A stretch of 48,116 bases of DNA from a virus. The stretch covers positions 1 to 48,116 of the IMG/VR virus record IMGVR_UViG_3300010032_000001. One strand, given 5' to 3'. Below, one piece after another: positions 1 to 9,703 of the stretch. Within the stretch, counting starts at the first letter, position 1; each line of letters begins with the position of its first letter. Under the pieces are notes generated by a model, which was given only the letters and a program-made list of their open reading frames with translations, had not been told where the DNA came from and did not search any database. Both the position numbers and the translations under genes were made by a program.

Positions 1-123
1 ATAATACTGCGAGTGACAGCCATGCGACTCGTGTATTTGGTAATCCTTTTACTCGTCCGGTGTTAGCGCCCAGTTGGCAACACGTTTTCAAAGGTATTCA
101 AGGAACGTATGACACTGACCCTG
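1..123. repeat. 123-bp exact direct repeat of 47994..48116 (circular-assembly overlap or terminal redundancy)
   Basis: Bases 1-123 (ataatactgcgagtgac...gacactgaccctg) match 47994-48116 base for base. The repeat lies inside a CDS and keeps its frame. Confidence 0.95.
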
Positions 124-1757
124 AAGTAGGAACTTACAATCGTTATCGTATTCCTACTATGGTTGTTGCTGGTAATGGTGACCTACTGTTGTTTGCAGAG
201 GGTAGGGAATTAGGAGACCTTAACAAAGTAGATACTATTTACAGTAGAAGTACTGACAATGGGTTAACTTGGAGTAGCTCAGTTTTGGTCGCTGGCAGTG
301 CTGACAACACAGTTGGTAACCCTACGGTCATAATTGATGAAACTACTCAACGTATTCATCTTTTCTACGTATTTGAAGAAGAAGACCAGATATACAGATT
401 TAGTGATGACAACGGTTTAACTTGGTCTGCTGAGCAAAACCTTACTCCTACTTTGACATCTGGATTTTTTAACAGTATCTATATAGAATCAACCGGACGT
501 CGTAGATTTAGATGTGGTCCTGGCGGCGGTATTCAAATTAAAAATGGACCTTACGCAGGAAGACTTATTGCTTTAGCTTTTTATCGATTTGGTACCAGTC
601 CAGAAGATAGAGTAATCGCTTCCATTTATTCCGATGATAACGGTACTACTTGGTCTTTAGGTAATTCTACTACTTCTGGTGTCGAAGCTCATATAGCTGA
701 GCTAAGTGACGGTTCTTTAATTACGATTAATCGTAATCAAGAACTATTAATAAGTAGTCATAAAATTATTAATCGTTCTACGGACGGAGGAGTTACTTGG
801 GGACCTTATGACGTTGTAGATGGAGATAACGGTTTAGTTGAACAAGTTTGTCAAAACAGTATAGAGCGTATTTGGTTCGGTTCAGGTAACCAAAATATTA
901 TTCTTGGTACCTCATTAGATTCTACTAATACTGACGACCGTAGTGTTTTGTACTCTACTGTCAGTTTAGATGATGGTTCTAGTTGGCCTATTACTATACG
1001 TCGGTTACTTTGGAAATACTGGGGTGCTTACTCAGAGGCTATTCTTCTACCCGACGGTTATATCGGAATTGTCTGCGAAAGGAATCAGAATTTCTTTGTA
1101 CAGAACATTGACTTCACTCGTGTATCGTTAGCTTGGTTACTAGCTCAGAATAATGACCAATTCTACGAAGATTTACAAGGTATATCTCCATCACCTGAGA
1201 TAACAGGAAACTGGAGCAATTTTAATGCTTCTACTAGAAATGGCTGGACTGCAGACGGTAATCAAATAGGTCAGTATTTCAATGCTATTAATAGTAGACG
1301 CAGAATGACTAGTGCTACTACGTTTACAAATGGCGCATTGGGGAACAATCCTGCGGAATTGAGAATTCGCTTTGCTCTTCGTATAGACCAATTTGCTCCT
1401 GAGAGTACTAGTAGTACCAATGCAGGATTTAGACTTAGTTGCGTAAGAGACAATGAACGTTCTTACTTTCTAATTGCTGACAATGGAATTCATCATCGTA
1501 CTAATGCGGATGCTTATCCTTTGATTACTTCTATTACTACAGAAGTTTTTCGTTGGTACGAGTGGCGTTTGGATATCAACTTTAATACTAACGTAACTAC
1601 AGTGTTTAGAGATGGTGTTCAGATAGGAACCTACCCGATTGACACTATTGGGTTTAGTGCTCAATACATTCGTTTTCTCGCTGCTGGAGACAGTTCAGCT
1701 ACAACCTATTGCCAGTTTTCTATAAAGTGGGCGGCTCTAGATGACAACCTTTCTTGA
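1..1757 (+). CDS. Virion-associated GH33 sialidase-like BNR beta-propeller with a C-terminal ConA/LamG-like domain (3' part of the gene starting at 47630; 706 aa in total)
   Basis: YRIP motif (nt 144-155) followed by LLLFAEGRE. Five Asp-boxes S-x-D-x-G-x-T/S-W at nt 249-272, 402-425, 630-653, 777-800 and 963-986. Same frame as 47630..48116 through the overlap. Confidence 0.8.
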   Translation, partial: NTASDSHATRVFGNPFTRPVLAPSWQHVFKGIQGTYDTDPEVGTYNRYRIPTMVVAGNGDLLLFAEGRELGDLNKVDTIYSRSTDNGLTWSSSVLVAGSADNTVGNPTVIIDETTQRIHLFYVFEEEDQIYRFSDDNGLTWSAEQNLTPTLTSGFFNSIYIESTGRRRFRCGPGGGIQIKNGPYAGRLIALAFYRFGTSPEDRVIASIYSDDNGTTWSLGNSTTSGVEAHIAELSDGSLITINRNQELLISSHKIINRSTDGGVTWGPYDVVDGDNGLVEQVCQNSIERIWFGSGNQNIILGTSLDSTNTDDRSVLYSTVSLDDGSSWPITIRRLLWKYWGAYSEAILLPDGYIGIVCERNQNFFVQNIDFTRVSLAWLLAQNNDQFYEDLQGISPSPEITGNWSNFNASTRNGWTADGNQIGQYFNAINSRRRMTSATTFTNGALGNNPAELRIRFALRIDQFAPESTSSTNAGFRLSCVRDNERSYFLIADNGIHHRTNADAYPLITSITTEVFRWYEWRLDINFNTNVTTVFRDGVQIGTYPIDTIGFSAQYIRFLAAGDSSATTYCQFSIKWAALDDNLS

Positions 1758-2385
1758 AATAGTTAATAAAGTATTTCTTCGTATAGGAGAGCAGAGAGTT
1801 AACTCTGTAACTTCTAATGAAGTATCGATTCTTTGCGGACAAAACGTTAATACTGCTTTAGTTCAGTTAGCACAGGACTACCCCCACTGGCCTTGGCTTA
1901 GTGGAATTTATTCTGCTAACTCTTGGAATGTGCAAGAAGCTACTCTTGACCCTACCGCTCTTTCTATTCGTTTTATACGAGATGCAGGAAGCACTCTTAG
2001 GTTAGAGTATGAGACTGAGGAAGTGTTCTTTCGTAGGCAAGCTCAAGCCTACACAGGAACTAACGGTGGAGCACGTTATTACACTGTTGTAGGAGAAAAG
2101 TTTTACCTACATCCTTACCCCAATGATTCTGAATCTCAGTTAAACATTAAGTTCCACGGTTCTTTTCTACCTTCTAAATTAGTAGCAAACACCGATGAAC
2201 TACCTGTTTCTATGAGAGATGAGGACTTGATTATTATGAGAGCTGCTATGAACATGGCGGCGGACCATCTAAAGAATGTAGATATCTACAGAGTGTATTC
2301 AGCTGAGTACCAGAGATTACTTCAATCTGCTAAGGCAAGACTAGTTACTGACATAACAGATAAGCGTAGGAGTGCGATCAGATGA
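1741..2385 (+). CDS. Tail tubular protein A / adaptor-like (T7 gp11 position)
   Basis: 214 aa, just upstream of a very large tail gene. N-terminus MTTFLEIVNKVFLRIGEQRVNSV resembles podovirus gp11-type N-termini. Call rests on synteny only. Confidence 0.45.
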   Translation: MTTFLEIVNKVFLRIGEQRVNSVTSNEVSILCGQNVNTALVQLAQDYPHWPWLSGIYSANSWNVQEATLDPTALSIRFIRDAGSTLRLEYETEEVFFRRQAQAYTGTNGGARYYTVVGEKFYLHPYPNDSESQLNIKFHGSFLPSKLVANTDELPVSMRDEDLIIMRAAMNMAADHLKNVDIYRVYSAEYQRLLQSAKARLVTDITDKRRSAIR

Positions 2386-5300
2386 CGTTTTCAGGGGAAA
2401 GTCGACAACCAAGATTAGCTGATGATGTCGCACTCGTTCGCAATTTAGCGGGCGGGTTAAATACTATTTCTGGTGACTTAGCTATTCCTGAGGGCGATGT
2501 TCCCTATTTGTTTAACGTAGATATCAACGATGCCGGACATGTCGTTACTAGAAATGGTACTCAGTACGACGGGACATTTGATGCCATTGGTAATGACCCT
2601 ACCAGCATAGCTGGTGCTGTCTCCGTAAGTTACACTACTAAAGCCGGTACAAAGTTTTCTGTTATTAAAGTAGGAGTAAACCTTTACGTTTACTGGATGG
2701 AAGCTAGTACAGCTACTGAAGTTTCTCGCTCGGACTTAATAACTGCTAAGCTTAATGTTTGGAGCAGTGCCGCTTCCACTGTTAAACCTGACTACGTAAT
2801 TACTAATGAGAACGCTAGTCGTATTATCTTTGCTAGTGGTGTAAATGTTCCTGTTCAATTACAATTTATCGAATCCAGTCAAGTAGTTACTGAGGGTGCT
2901 GCTTTTACTACAGTAACTGTTACATCTTCTAGGTACGCTAATGCAGCAGTCGAAAATGTATTTGTTTGGATTGACGGTACTAGAAAATCTGTATCTAACG
3001 TATCCTTCAACACGGGTACAAACGAACTAACTATTACTATAGATTCTACGGCTGCGGGTACGTATGCTGTAGAAGTTGTATTTATAACTTGGCAGTGGTT
3101 ATGTGAAGGAATTCTTCTAGAAGGTAGCCAAGTTTACGAGAGTGTAACTAGATTCCATTCTACCGAGTCTGATAAAACCATTGCTGTTCCTACGAACCTT
3201 ATTCGTAATTATCAGTCGTTGGAAGATGAAAACATTCTCTACCCTTTGATTCCGTATCTATCCTCTAACAGAGGAGCTTACTATACCTACGACGCTACCA
3301 GAAAACCAGACACTGTTGATGAGTTCGTATTCTCTAACGGAATCGCTTACGATTCTACGCTAAACAGCGATGAGATTGTTCCTGGTGTAAGTCATCTAAC
3401 ATTTGGTGCGGTACGTGACAACGTAATGGGTGAGATAGACCCACCGGAAGAAGTTCATCTTGTACGTGCGGTAAGATTAGATTTCGATGATGATTCGGAT
3501 ACTATAGAAGTAGGTAACCTTTTAGTTCTACTTAATGGTACTGCTGCTACTAGAATAACCAGTAGCACTATAGGTTCAAATACGACTACTTGGAATCAAT
3601 CTTATGTAGCCAGGACTGTTCCAGTTTCTGCTGTGAATTTCTACAATAGTAGTTCTATAGTAGGAGATACTTCTACTTCACCGGCTAAGTACATTACGTT
3701 TGATGGAAGTGAAGCTGTAGGTATTCCTCCTACTTCTGTAATAGAAATAATTCATGCTCGTGTTCCAACTAACTTTGTAGGAAGTAATGCAAATGCCACA
3801 GTTAATCAATTGGCTCCTGGAGACGGATACGCGGTCCCTGCTCACGGGATTCAGGAACATGCTAGTTATTCTCTCGGTAGCTTTCCTCGTGCTGTTACTC
3901 TTTATCAAGGTCGTTTAGTATTTGGAGGATTTCCTGCTGACCCTTTGAAGGTTATAACTAGCGAAGTAATTGGTACGAGTAGGACTGGATTTGACTTCGT
4001 TAATTATTCTATTGCTTGGGAGAACCTGGAACAGACTGACCCTGTTGTCACTAGAATATCTACTAATCAGAATAACGCTTCTATTACTGCGCTAAACACC
4101 TTGATTGGAAATATCTTTGTGTTTACAGTAGAGAAGACATTTAGAGTATCCGGTGGAAGCTCCGTACTTTCTCCTACTTCTGTATTGGTACAAGAGGTAG
4201 CAGACGTAGGTGCGGTTAATGCTCAGAGTGTAATTGGTATTGAGAACACTCTGGTTTTTCTATCTCTAGCTGGAGTTTATCGAGTAGCTCCATCGCTGGA
4301 ACTAGGAGACTTTAACGTAACTCTACTGTCTGTCAAAGTAAACACAGAGTTCAAAAATAGAAACAACATTATTGCTGGTTGGTTAGTATTTGATAGAATC
4401 AACAATAGATTGTTTGCAGGTATAGATAACTTCGGAGACTCAGACGTAGCTACCGAGCTGTATGTTCTTAATTTTAATCGTAACGCATGGTTTAGGTACT
4501 CTACTTACTATGGTTACTGGTACTGTGCTGGGGCTAGCTTTATCGACTTAGACAACCCATTCATAGTTTTTTTGATGCCTACATCAAGAAACAATGCCAT
4601 GGGTCTTGACCTAGTGTTCTACCCCTACTTCTACGCCACTGACTTTACCCGTGTACAAACTCCTTTCAATCTAACTGATTCAGGTTATGACGAGTTCCCT
4701 TTAATTGAGGATTCAATTACTGTTTCTAATAACGAAGTTCGTGATACTTACAATATAAGCAACTTTCGTTTATCGGAGTTCTCCGGTATTAATGACGTTA
4801 CAGTGATATTAGATGGAGAGGAGATACAGTTTGGTACCGACTTTAGAAAGATTGATGAGGGTCAGTTAGACATTACACGTGTGTTCTCTATCGGTGCCTC
4901 GTTAGTTTTAAGACCTAGAAACACTCTGGGAAGATATCCTATTCTTCTGTATCTTGATAACATATTTCAAGAGGACCTAACATTATCGTTTGATTCAGTA
5001 AATAATATTGTTACTGTGTCTTTGAATGCATCAGATGAGGATACTATTGCTCGCATAGGAACCAGCATTCCTTGCTTTTATTCTACTCCTGTGTTGGTAC
5101 GTAACAGTATTACAGGAAGAAAGTTAAGCACTGACTTGTATGCTGTACTATTAAACGCTAACTTTCAGGATAAGTTTAGAGAAGCTGACGTTAACACTTC
5201 TACTAGTCAGGATGCTTCCTCTCTAATAGGTAACTGGCAAAGGGTAGTTAATGTTTCTGTATCTAAAGTAATTAGCGCTGCAGAAATAGACTTTGTCCCT

Positions 5301-5525
5301 AATACTCAAGATGCTTTAGGATTTCAGGATTTATACTGGGACTTAGGTAGCTTTGATTCTGACTCTAATGCTCGTCAGTTAGATAAGTATTCTAGAATAC
5401 AGGCTACTATTAAGGGTTCTAACAACTTCCTTCAAGTGTTCTTCTATACTTATGGAGAAGCTAATGTGTTTGAGTTGATTGCATATCAGATTGTAACTGG
5501 TAATCTTGGTCGAGGTAACTTCTAA
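2382..5525 (+). CDS. Tail tubular protein B / nozzle-like large tail protein
   Basis: 1047 aa. ATGA overlap with the upstream gene. N-terminal LAGGLNTISGDL...VVTRNG pattern resembles T7 gp12-type proteins. Synteny supports the call. Confidence 0.45.
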   Translation: MTFSGESRQPRLADDVALVRNLAGGLNTISGDLAIPEGDVPYLFNVDINDAGHVVTRNGTQYDGTFDAIGNDPTSIAGAVSVSYTTKAGTKFSVIKVGVNLYVYWMEASTATEVSRSDLITAKLNVWSSAASTVKPDYVITNENASRIIFASGVNVPVQLQFIESSQVVTEGAAFTTVTVTSSRYANAAVENVFVWIDGTRKSVSNVSFNTGTNELTITIDSTAAGTYAVEVVFITWQWLCEGILLEGSQVYESVTRFHSTESDKTIAVPTNLIRNYQSLEDENILYPLIPYLSSNRGAYYTYDATRKPDTVDEFVFSNGIAYDSTLNSDEIVPGVSHLTFGAVRDNVMGEIDPPEEVHLVRAVRLDFDDDSDTIEVGNLLVLLNGTAATRITSSTIGSNTTTWNQSYVARTVPVSAVNFYNSSSIVGDTSTSPAKYITFDGSEAVGIPPTSVIEIIHARVPTNFVGSNANATVNQLAPGDGYAVPAHGIQEHASYSLGSFPRAVTLYQGRLVFGGFPADPLKVITSEVIGTSRTGFDFVNYSIAWENLEQTDPVVTRISTNQNNASITALNTLIGNIFVFTVEKTFRVSGGSSVLSPTSVLVQEVADVGAVNAQSVIGIENTLVFLSLAGVYRVAPSLELGDFNVTLLSVKVNTEFKNRNNIIAGWLVFDRINNRLFAGIDNFGDSDVATELYVLNFNRNAWFRYSTYYGYWYCAGASFIDLDNPFIVFLMPTSRNNAMGLDLVFYPYFYATDFTRVQTPFNLTDSGYDEFPLIEDSITVSNNEVRDTYNISNFRLSEFSGINDVTVILDGEEIQFGTDFRKIDEGQLDITRVFSIGASLVLRPRNTLGRYPILLYLDNIFQEDLTLSFDSVNNIVTVSLNASDEDTIARIGTSIPCFYSTPVLVRNSITGRKLSTDLYAVLLNANFQDKFREADVNTSTSQDASSLIGNWQRVVNVSVSKVISAAEIDFVPNTQDALGFQDLYWDLGSFDSDSNARQLDKYSRIQATIKGSNNFLQVFFYTYGEANVFELIAYQIVTGNLGRGNF

Positions 5526-6613
5526 TGGCAGTCGCACCAGTCATAGGCATAGGTCTTAGTGCAGTAGGAACTGTTAGCGGTATTAGCCAAGCTAACAGAC
5601 AAGCTAACGCACAACGCCAATCTATTGAAGCTCAACGTGTAGCTGCTCAACAACAATACGAGTTGAACAAACAGAGATTTGAATACTCTCGTCAAAATGC
5701 TGAGCAGACGTTTGCACGTGAGACTGTCATAGCCAACGAGATGCGTCAGAATGCATTTCAGAATCTAGAGATACAGACTATTCAACAGTCTCTGGCTAAT
5801 AGTGCTCAGGATATGCAGCAGGCTCAGCAGCTAGCTGGGCTTGACCAACAAGTTAATCAGTTAATTGCTAATGCTGCCAATATTCGAACACAGACAGGTC
5901 AGGCTAACGTAGAAGATTTAACTACTCTAGCTGCTATATTCACAGGCAGCGACCAAGCAGGACGCAACTTTATACAACGATTAGCTTCTACTAACCAGGA
6001 CCCAGCTATCGCTCAACAAGTACTAGAAGATTCTTTATTGCAACAGATAGCCAACTTTCAGGCTACTCAGGAAACTGTAACTACTAGAAATAGAAGAGCA
6101 GACATAGAAGCTGGAGGACTAGAAACACAGGCTGATTTAACTAGCAGGTACAGAGATGCGGTAAGCAACTTCTTTACTGCTCAGAACACAACCAACAGGC
6201 AGTACCAAGAGTTCGTAAATCAACAAGCTCCTTCTCTACTTAATCTTCAGCATGAACGTAATCTTGCAGCTTTAGAAGCAGCTAAGTTCTCTAACCAGGC
6301 TGAACTGAACATAGCTAATCAGAGTGCAGCTATCCAGTTTGCTAATCAGAACAGACAGCTAGATGCACAAGCTTCAAGTATTCAGAGTCCCAATATTTTA
6401 GGTTCGTTAGTAGGACTAGGAGCACAGAGCCTTTCTCTACTTAACTTTGGAAGCCAGCCACAGCAACGATCATTCAGCTTTGCTAATTCTGGGCCAACGT
6501 TTAGTCCCACAACTAGTTCATTTCAAGGCATTAACGATATAAACTTTTCTACCTCTGGACAAAGCTTTGGACCTGTAATAACAGACTTCACTGGTAGCAA
6601 CATATTCGGATAG
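5525..6613 (+). CDS. Internal virion / ejection protein candidate (Q/N-rich coiled coil, hydrophobic N-terminus)
   Basis: 362 aa. TAATG overlap with the upstream gene. N-terminal MAVAPVIGIGLSAVGTVSGI, then Q/N-rich low-complexity sequence. Sits in the position of T7 gp13-14. Confidence 0.4.
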   Translation: MAVAPVIGIGLSAVGTVSGISQANRQANAQRQSIEAQRVAAQQQYELNKQRFEYSRQNAEQTFARETVIANEMRQNAFQNLEIQTIQQSLANSAQDMQQAQQLAGLDQQVNQLIANAANIRTQTGQANVEDLTTLAAIFTGSDQAGRNFIQRLASTNQDPAIAQQVLEDSLLQQIANFQATQETVTTRNRRADIEAGGLETQADLTSRYRDAVSNFFTAQNTTNRQYQEFVNQQAPSLLNLQHERNLAALEAAKFSNQAELNIANQSAAIQFANQNRQLDAQASSIQSPNILGSLVGLGAQSLSLLNFGSQPQQRSFSFANSGPTFSPTTSSFQGINDINFSTSGQSFGPVITDFTGSNIFG

Positions 6614-6617
6614 AACG

Positions 6618-8351
6618 ATGACTGACGCAGCACGCACACCACAACGTAGACCAGTAGGACAAGCAGGGGCTCCTATTCAGATAGCAGGTATTAACGGTAT
6701 CGGCCAGCTACCTCAAGTTGAATTACCTGTAGCTCCTACTGTTCAGATAGAAGACAGGACTCAGGACTTTCTAGCTCGTAGTCAGCAGTCAGTTCAGAAT
6801 GCTTTTGATTTACAGCAGCAAGCTATCGAAAGTACTGCTCGTGCTGACGTAGCTGAAGCTCAGGCTAGAGGTAGAAATAACTTTGCTTCTAATTTCTCTG
6901 GTGTTGTTTCTGCTATTCAATCTGGTATGCAGATGTACCAGGAGGTTCAGGCTGGACGTAGAGAACAGGAGAGCCAACAGTTAGCTGCTCAGTTTGAGAA
7001 TGAGTTGAGACAGCGGGTGGTTCAGTTACATCGTGACGTAGGACAGAATGCATCAGACGAAGGGCTTATTCCTACCTACACAGCTATGCTGCGTCAGCTC
7101 CGACAGCAGTATGCTGGACGATTAGATCCTCAAACTCTTCAAACTATCTCTAACATCGGTTGGGACGCTATCACTGAAGTACAAAGGGAACAGGGTGCTC
7201 GTTGGGTTAACGAACTCGAAGACACTCAAGCTCAAGGAAGAGAGCTTCGTCTCAATGAGCTGCGTCTGCAGATTGCTCCTCTGATTAATCAACTTACGCA
7301 TGGTAGTATTTCTGTTGACCCTAATGCTGTAACTGATCAGATCAATCAGCAGTTGGGGTCCTATTTGTCTCAGCACGACATGTCTGGTATAGATGCCCTT
7401 ACTACTCTTAACGGTATCTATCCTTTTGTTATCAGTGCTTATGAGACAGCAGGAGCAGATGCTACTAGGCTCACAGCTCAACAGGGTATCATCACTTCTG
7501 TTCTACAAGAAGCTGCTACTATTAATTCTCAATTATCAGGAAACAAAGAGAGTAGAGATGCTGCGTTCGCTCAGTTACAACTACTTTTAAACAACGCTGG
7601 AATTCAAGGAGTAACTCTCACTGATATTTTTCAGACTGATGTTCAGAGGCTACAACAGAATACTACTATTCAAAATAATTTAGATTCTCTACGTAGAGCA
7701 TCACTAGCTAATCCTCGACAATCTCCTGAGTATCAAAGAGCTACTGATATTCAGAACAGAGCTATTGCACTCAACTGGTTCAACAATCCTTCTCAGAGTG
7801 CTAGAGAAATTGAGGCTGCTAGTGGCGCTGATGCTACCCTAGATCAACGCACTCAACTCAGAATCTATAATGGTATTCAAGAGGGGCGTTCTCGCATTAG
7901 AGAACTGGAAGACCAGAACGGTCAGCTTCTACAAACACAATACGAATCCTTAGCTGAGATTGAAACTATAGCTCGTAAGCTTGACCCTACTGGAGAACTA
8001 GGACCACCTACAATTGCTATCGATTATATTCGTAGACTAGTAGAACTTAATACTGATAATGCTGTAGAGCGCGGAGCTATTAGCGCTACGGAAGCTAATC
8101 GCTTACAGGAGTTAGAACGTTCTGTATTCACTGATGCTCAACGGCAGATAGATGCCAATACCAGAGAGATAGGAAACATCAACAGTGACTTTCTTTCTAT
8201 CGGTATTAACATGGTTAACCCTGCTGATACTACTCAGATAGATAGGCAGTTAGCTGAGATTGAACCTATTCTCCAGGATGCTTTACAACAATCCGACGCT
8301 CTGAGTCCACCAAATTTTCAATTGGGCCTACCTCCACTGCCCCGCAGGTAG
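6618..8351 (+). CDS. Frame-0 product: 577-aa Q-rich coiled-coil internal virion protein
   Basis: Long ORF ending at TAG 8349-8351. Composition is similar to 5525..6613. Confidence 0.6.
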   Translation: MTDAARTPQRRPVGQAGAPIQIAGINGIGQLPQVELPVAPTVQIEDRTQDFLARSQQSVQNAFDLQQQAIESTARADVAEAQARGRNNFASNFSGVVSAIQSGMQMYQEVQAGRREQESQQLAAQFENELRQRVVQLHRDVGQNASDEGLIPTYTAMLRQLRQQYAGRLDPQTLQTISNIGWDAITEVQREQGARWVNELEDTQAQGRELRLNELRLQIAPLINQLTHGSISVDPNAVTDQINQQLGSYLSQHDMSGIDALTTLNGIYPFVISAYETAGADATRLTAQQGIITSVLQEAATINSQLSGNKESRDAAFAQLQLLLNNAGIQGVTLTDIFQTDVQRLQQNTTIQNNLDSLRRASLANPRQSPEYQRATDIQNRAIALNWFNNPSQSAREIEAASGADATLDQRTQLRIYNGIQEGRSRIRELEDQNGQLLQTQYESLAEIETIARKLDPTGELGPPTIAIDYIRRLVELNTDNAVERGAISATEANRLQELERSVFTDAQRQIDANTREIGNINSDFLSIGINMVNPADTTQIDRQLAEIEPILQDALQQSDALSPPNFQLGLPPLPRR

Positions 8352-9703
8352 CGCCCTTAGCAACACAAGAAGGGCTTCAGTATCCTTTTAGTGGTGGGCA
8401 AGGAGTTACAATTACATCTCCTTATGGCAATCGAGTTCATCCTGTCTATGGTGATACTCGATTTCATGCTGGTATAGACATAGTTCCTGATGGAGATGAC
8501 TGGACAGTAAGAACTGTAGCAGGAGGAGAAGTCACCCATGTTATCCCTGATGTTAGTGGTTACGGTCAGGTCGTTATTGTCCGTACTCCTAATGGTTTTT
8601 CTGAGCAGTTTGCTCACCTCGGAGAGATGCACGTAAGGGTAGGAGAAGTGATTCAGCCTGGTGCATCGGTAGGTCTAATGGGTGCTAGTGGTGTAGGTAC
8701 TGGTCCTCATTTGGATTTTGCTGTTTACAAACCCGGGGCACAAGTACTCACTCCTGGTGCTTACGAAGAAGGTACGGTAGATCCGATGAGTTACCTTCGT
8801 ACCATTCAACCTACTGTTCCTACTCCTAGAGGACTGGGCGCACCAGGGAGACAGGCTGATCAACTGCCTGACCCCAATACTCCATTAAGTCGAGTTCAGA
8901 GCCTACTAAGTGAAATCGATAGATACTCCCAATCAATCGCAGGAAATGGTGGAAGAGTTAGAACCGGTAACTCTTTCTCTACTCCACAATCTGTATTCAA
9001 CAATGCAAACCCTCAACAAACGTCTAGGGCAGCACTCAGTCGAAGTGCGTATAACTTTCCTAACAACCCCGAACACAACTATGGATATCAGGCTATTGAA
9101 AGCGATAGGGAATATAGTAGAGCTTTAGCTTCCTACTCCGATAGGCTTAACATTCCTGCTCAATGGTTAGCTGACCTTATCGACTTTGAGACCGGTGGAA
9201 CTCACTCTCCTTCTATCACTAACTCATTAGGTTGTGTTGGTGCCCAGTTCTGTCCTGGTGGCGGATTGTCGGATGTAGCTCAAGAGATGGGAGTTAACGA
9301 TACTGTAGCCGCTAGCCGACTAGCTAACATGTCTATGGGCCAGCAGCTTCATTGGGTCTGGTACTTTCTAGATAGGTATAGTAATGGCGGGGCGGATATC
9401 AATACGATAGAAGATTTGTATGCTCTGTGGAATGGTGGACCCAGTGCTCTACAAATGACTCCTGAGCAGAGGCGTAGAGTGAATGACATAGGAGTAGACT
9501 CCAACGGTCATCGTTATGGTGGGCATTTGACCGAACATTTTGAACGTTTGGGCCATAGAGTAGGACGTAGGTACGAATCTTCATACGATAGACTGCAATC
9601 CAACAGAGGCAATGTACACGAAAGACCTTACCCTGGTTGTGCTGAGTGTAACAGAATGATTGCTCACTTCGGTGTGGTTATGCCGCATTATGCAGATGCT
9701 TAA
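6618..9703 (+). CDS. Predicted -1 frameshift fusion (6618..8318 joined to 8318..9703; 1028 aa): coiled-coil, M23 peptidase and lysozyme/transglycosylase-like domains; virion peptidoglycan hydrolase
   Basis: M23 motifs PYGNRVHP, HAGID (8465-8479), FAHL and GPHLDF (8708-8716). The first two lie upstream of the first in-frame start codon (8627). C-terminal DFETGGT...LWNGGP resembles a lysozyme-like fold. Confidence 0.6.
8312..8356 (+). promoter_or_regulatory. -1 programmed ribosomal frameshift cassette (slippery heptamer plus hairpin)
   Basis: A AAT TTT at 8312-8318, in phase with frame 0. 5-nt spacer caatt. Hairpin 8324-8333 / 8346-8356 (6+4 bp, bulged C8352, 12-nt loop) contains the frame-0 TAG. 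Confidence 0.6.

Noticed and set aside
1-123. The 123-bp repeat as a genuine T7-like direct terminal repeat
   Set aside because: It lies in the middle of a CDS and preserves the frame exactly. That fits a circular-assembly overlap better. I cannot exclude a real repeat without read-end data.
6611-8351. Genome-wide TAG reassignment as an explanation for the TAG-terminated structural genes
   Set aside because: The TAG at 6611-6613 is followed by an out-of-frame gene with its own start codon. The 8349 TAG junction needs a frame change, not readthrough. All other genes read normally under the standard code.
8627-9703. ORF-track ORF as an independent peptidase gene starting at ATG 8627
   Set aside because: This start would remove the M23 HxxxD motif and about 80 upstream domain residues that are clearly encoded in the same frame from about 8381. 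The frame has no start codon between 8264 and 8627. I therefore interpret the ORF as the -1 frameshift extension of 6618..8351.
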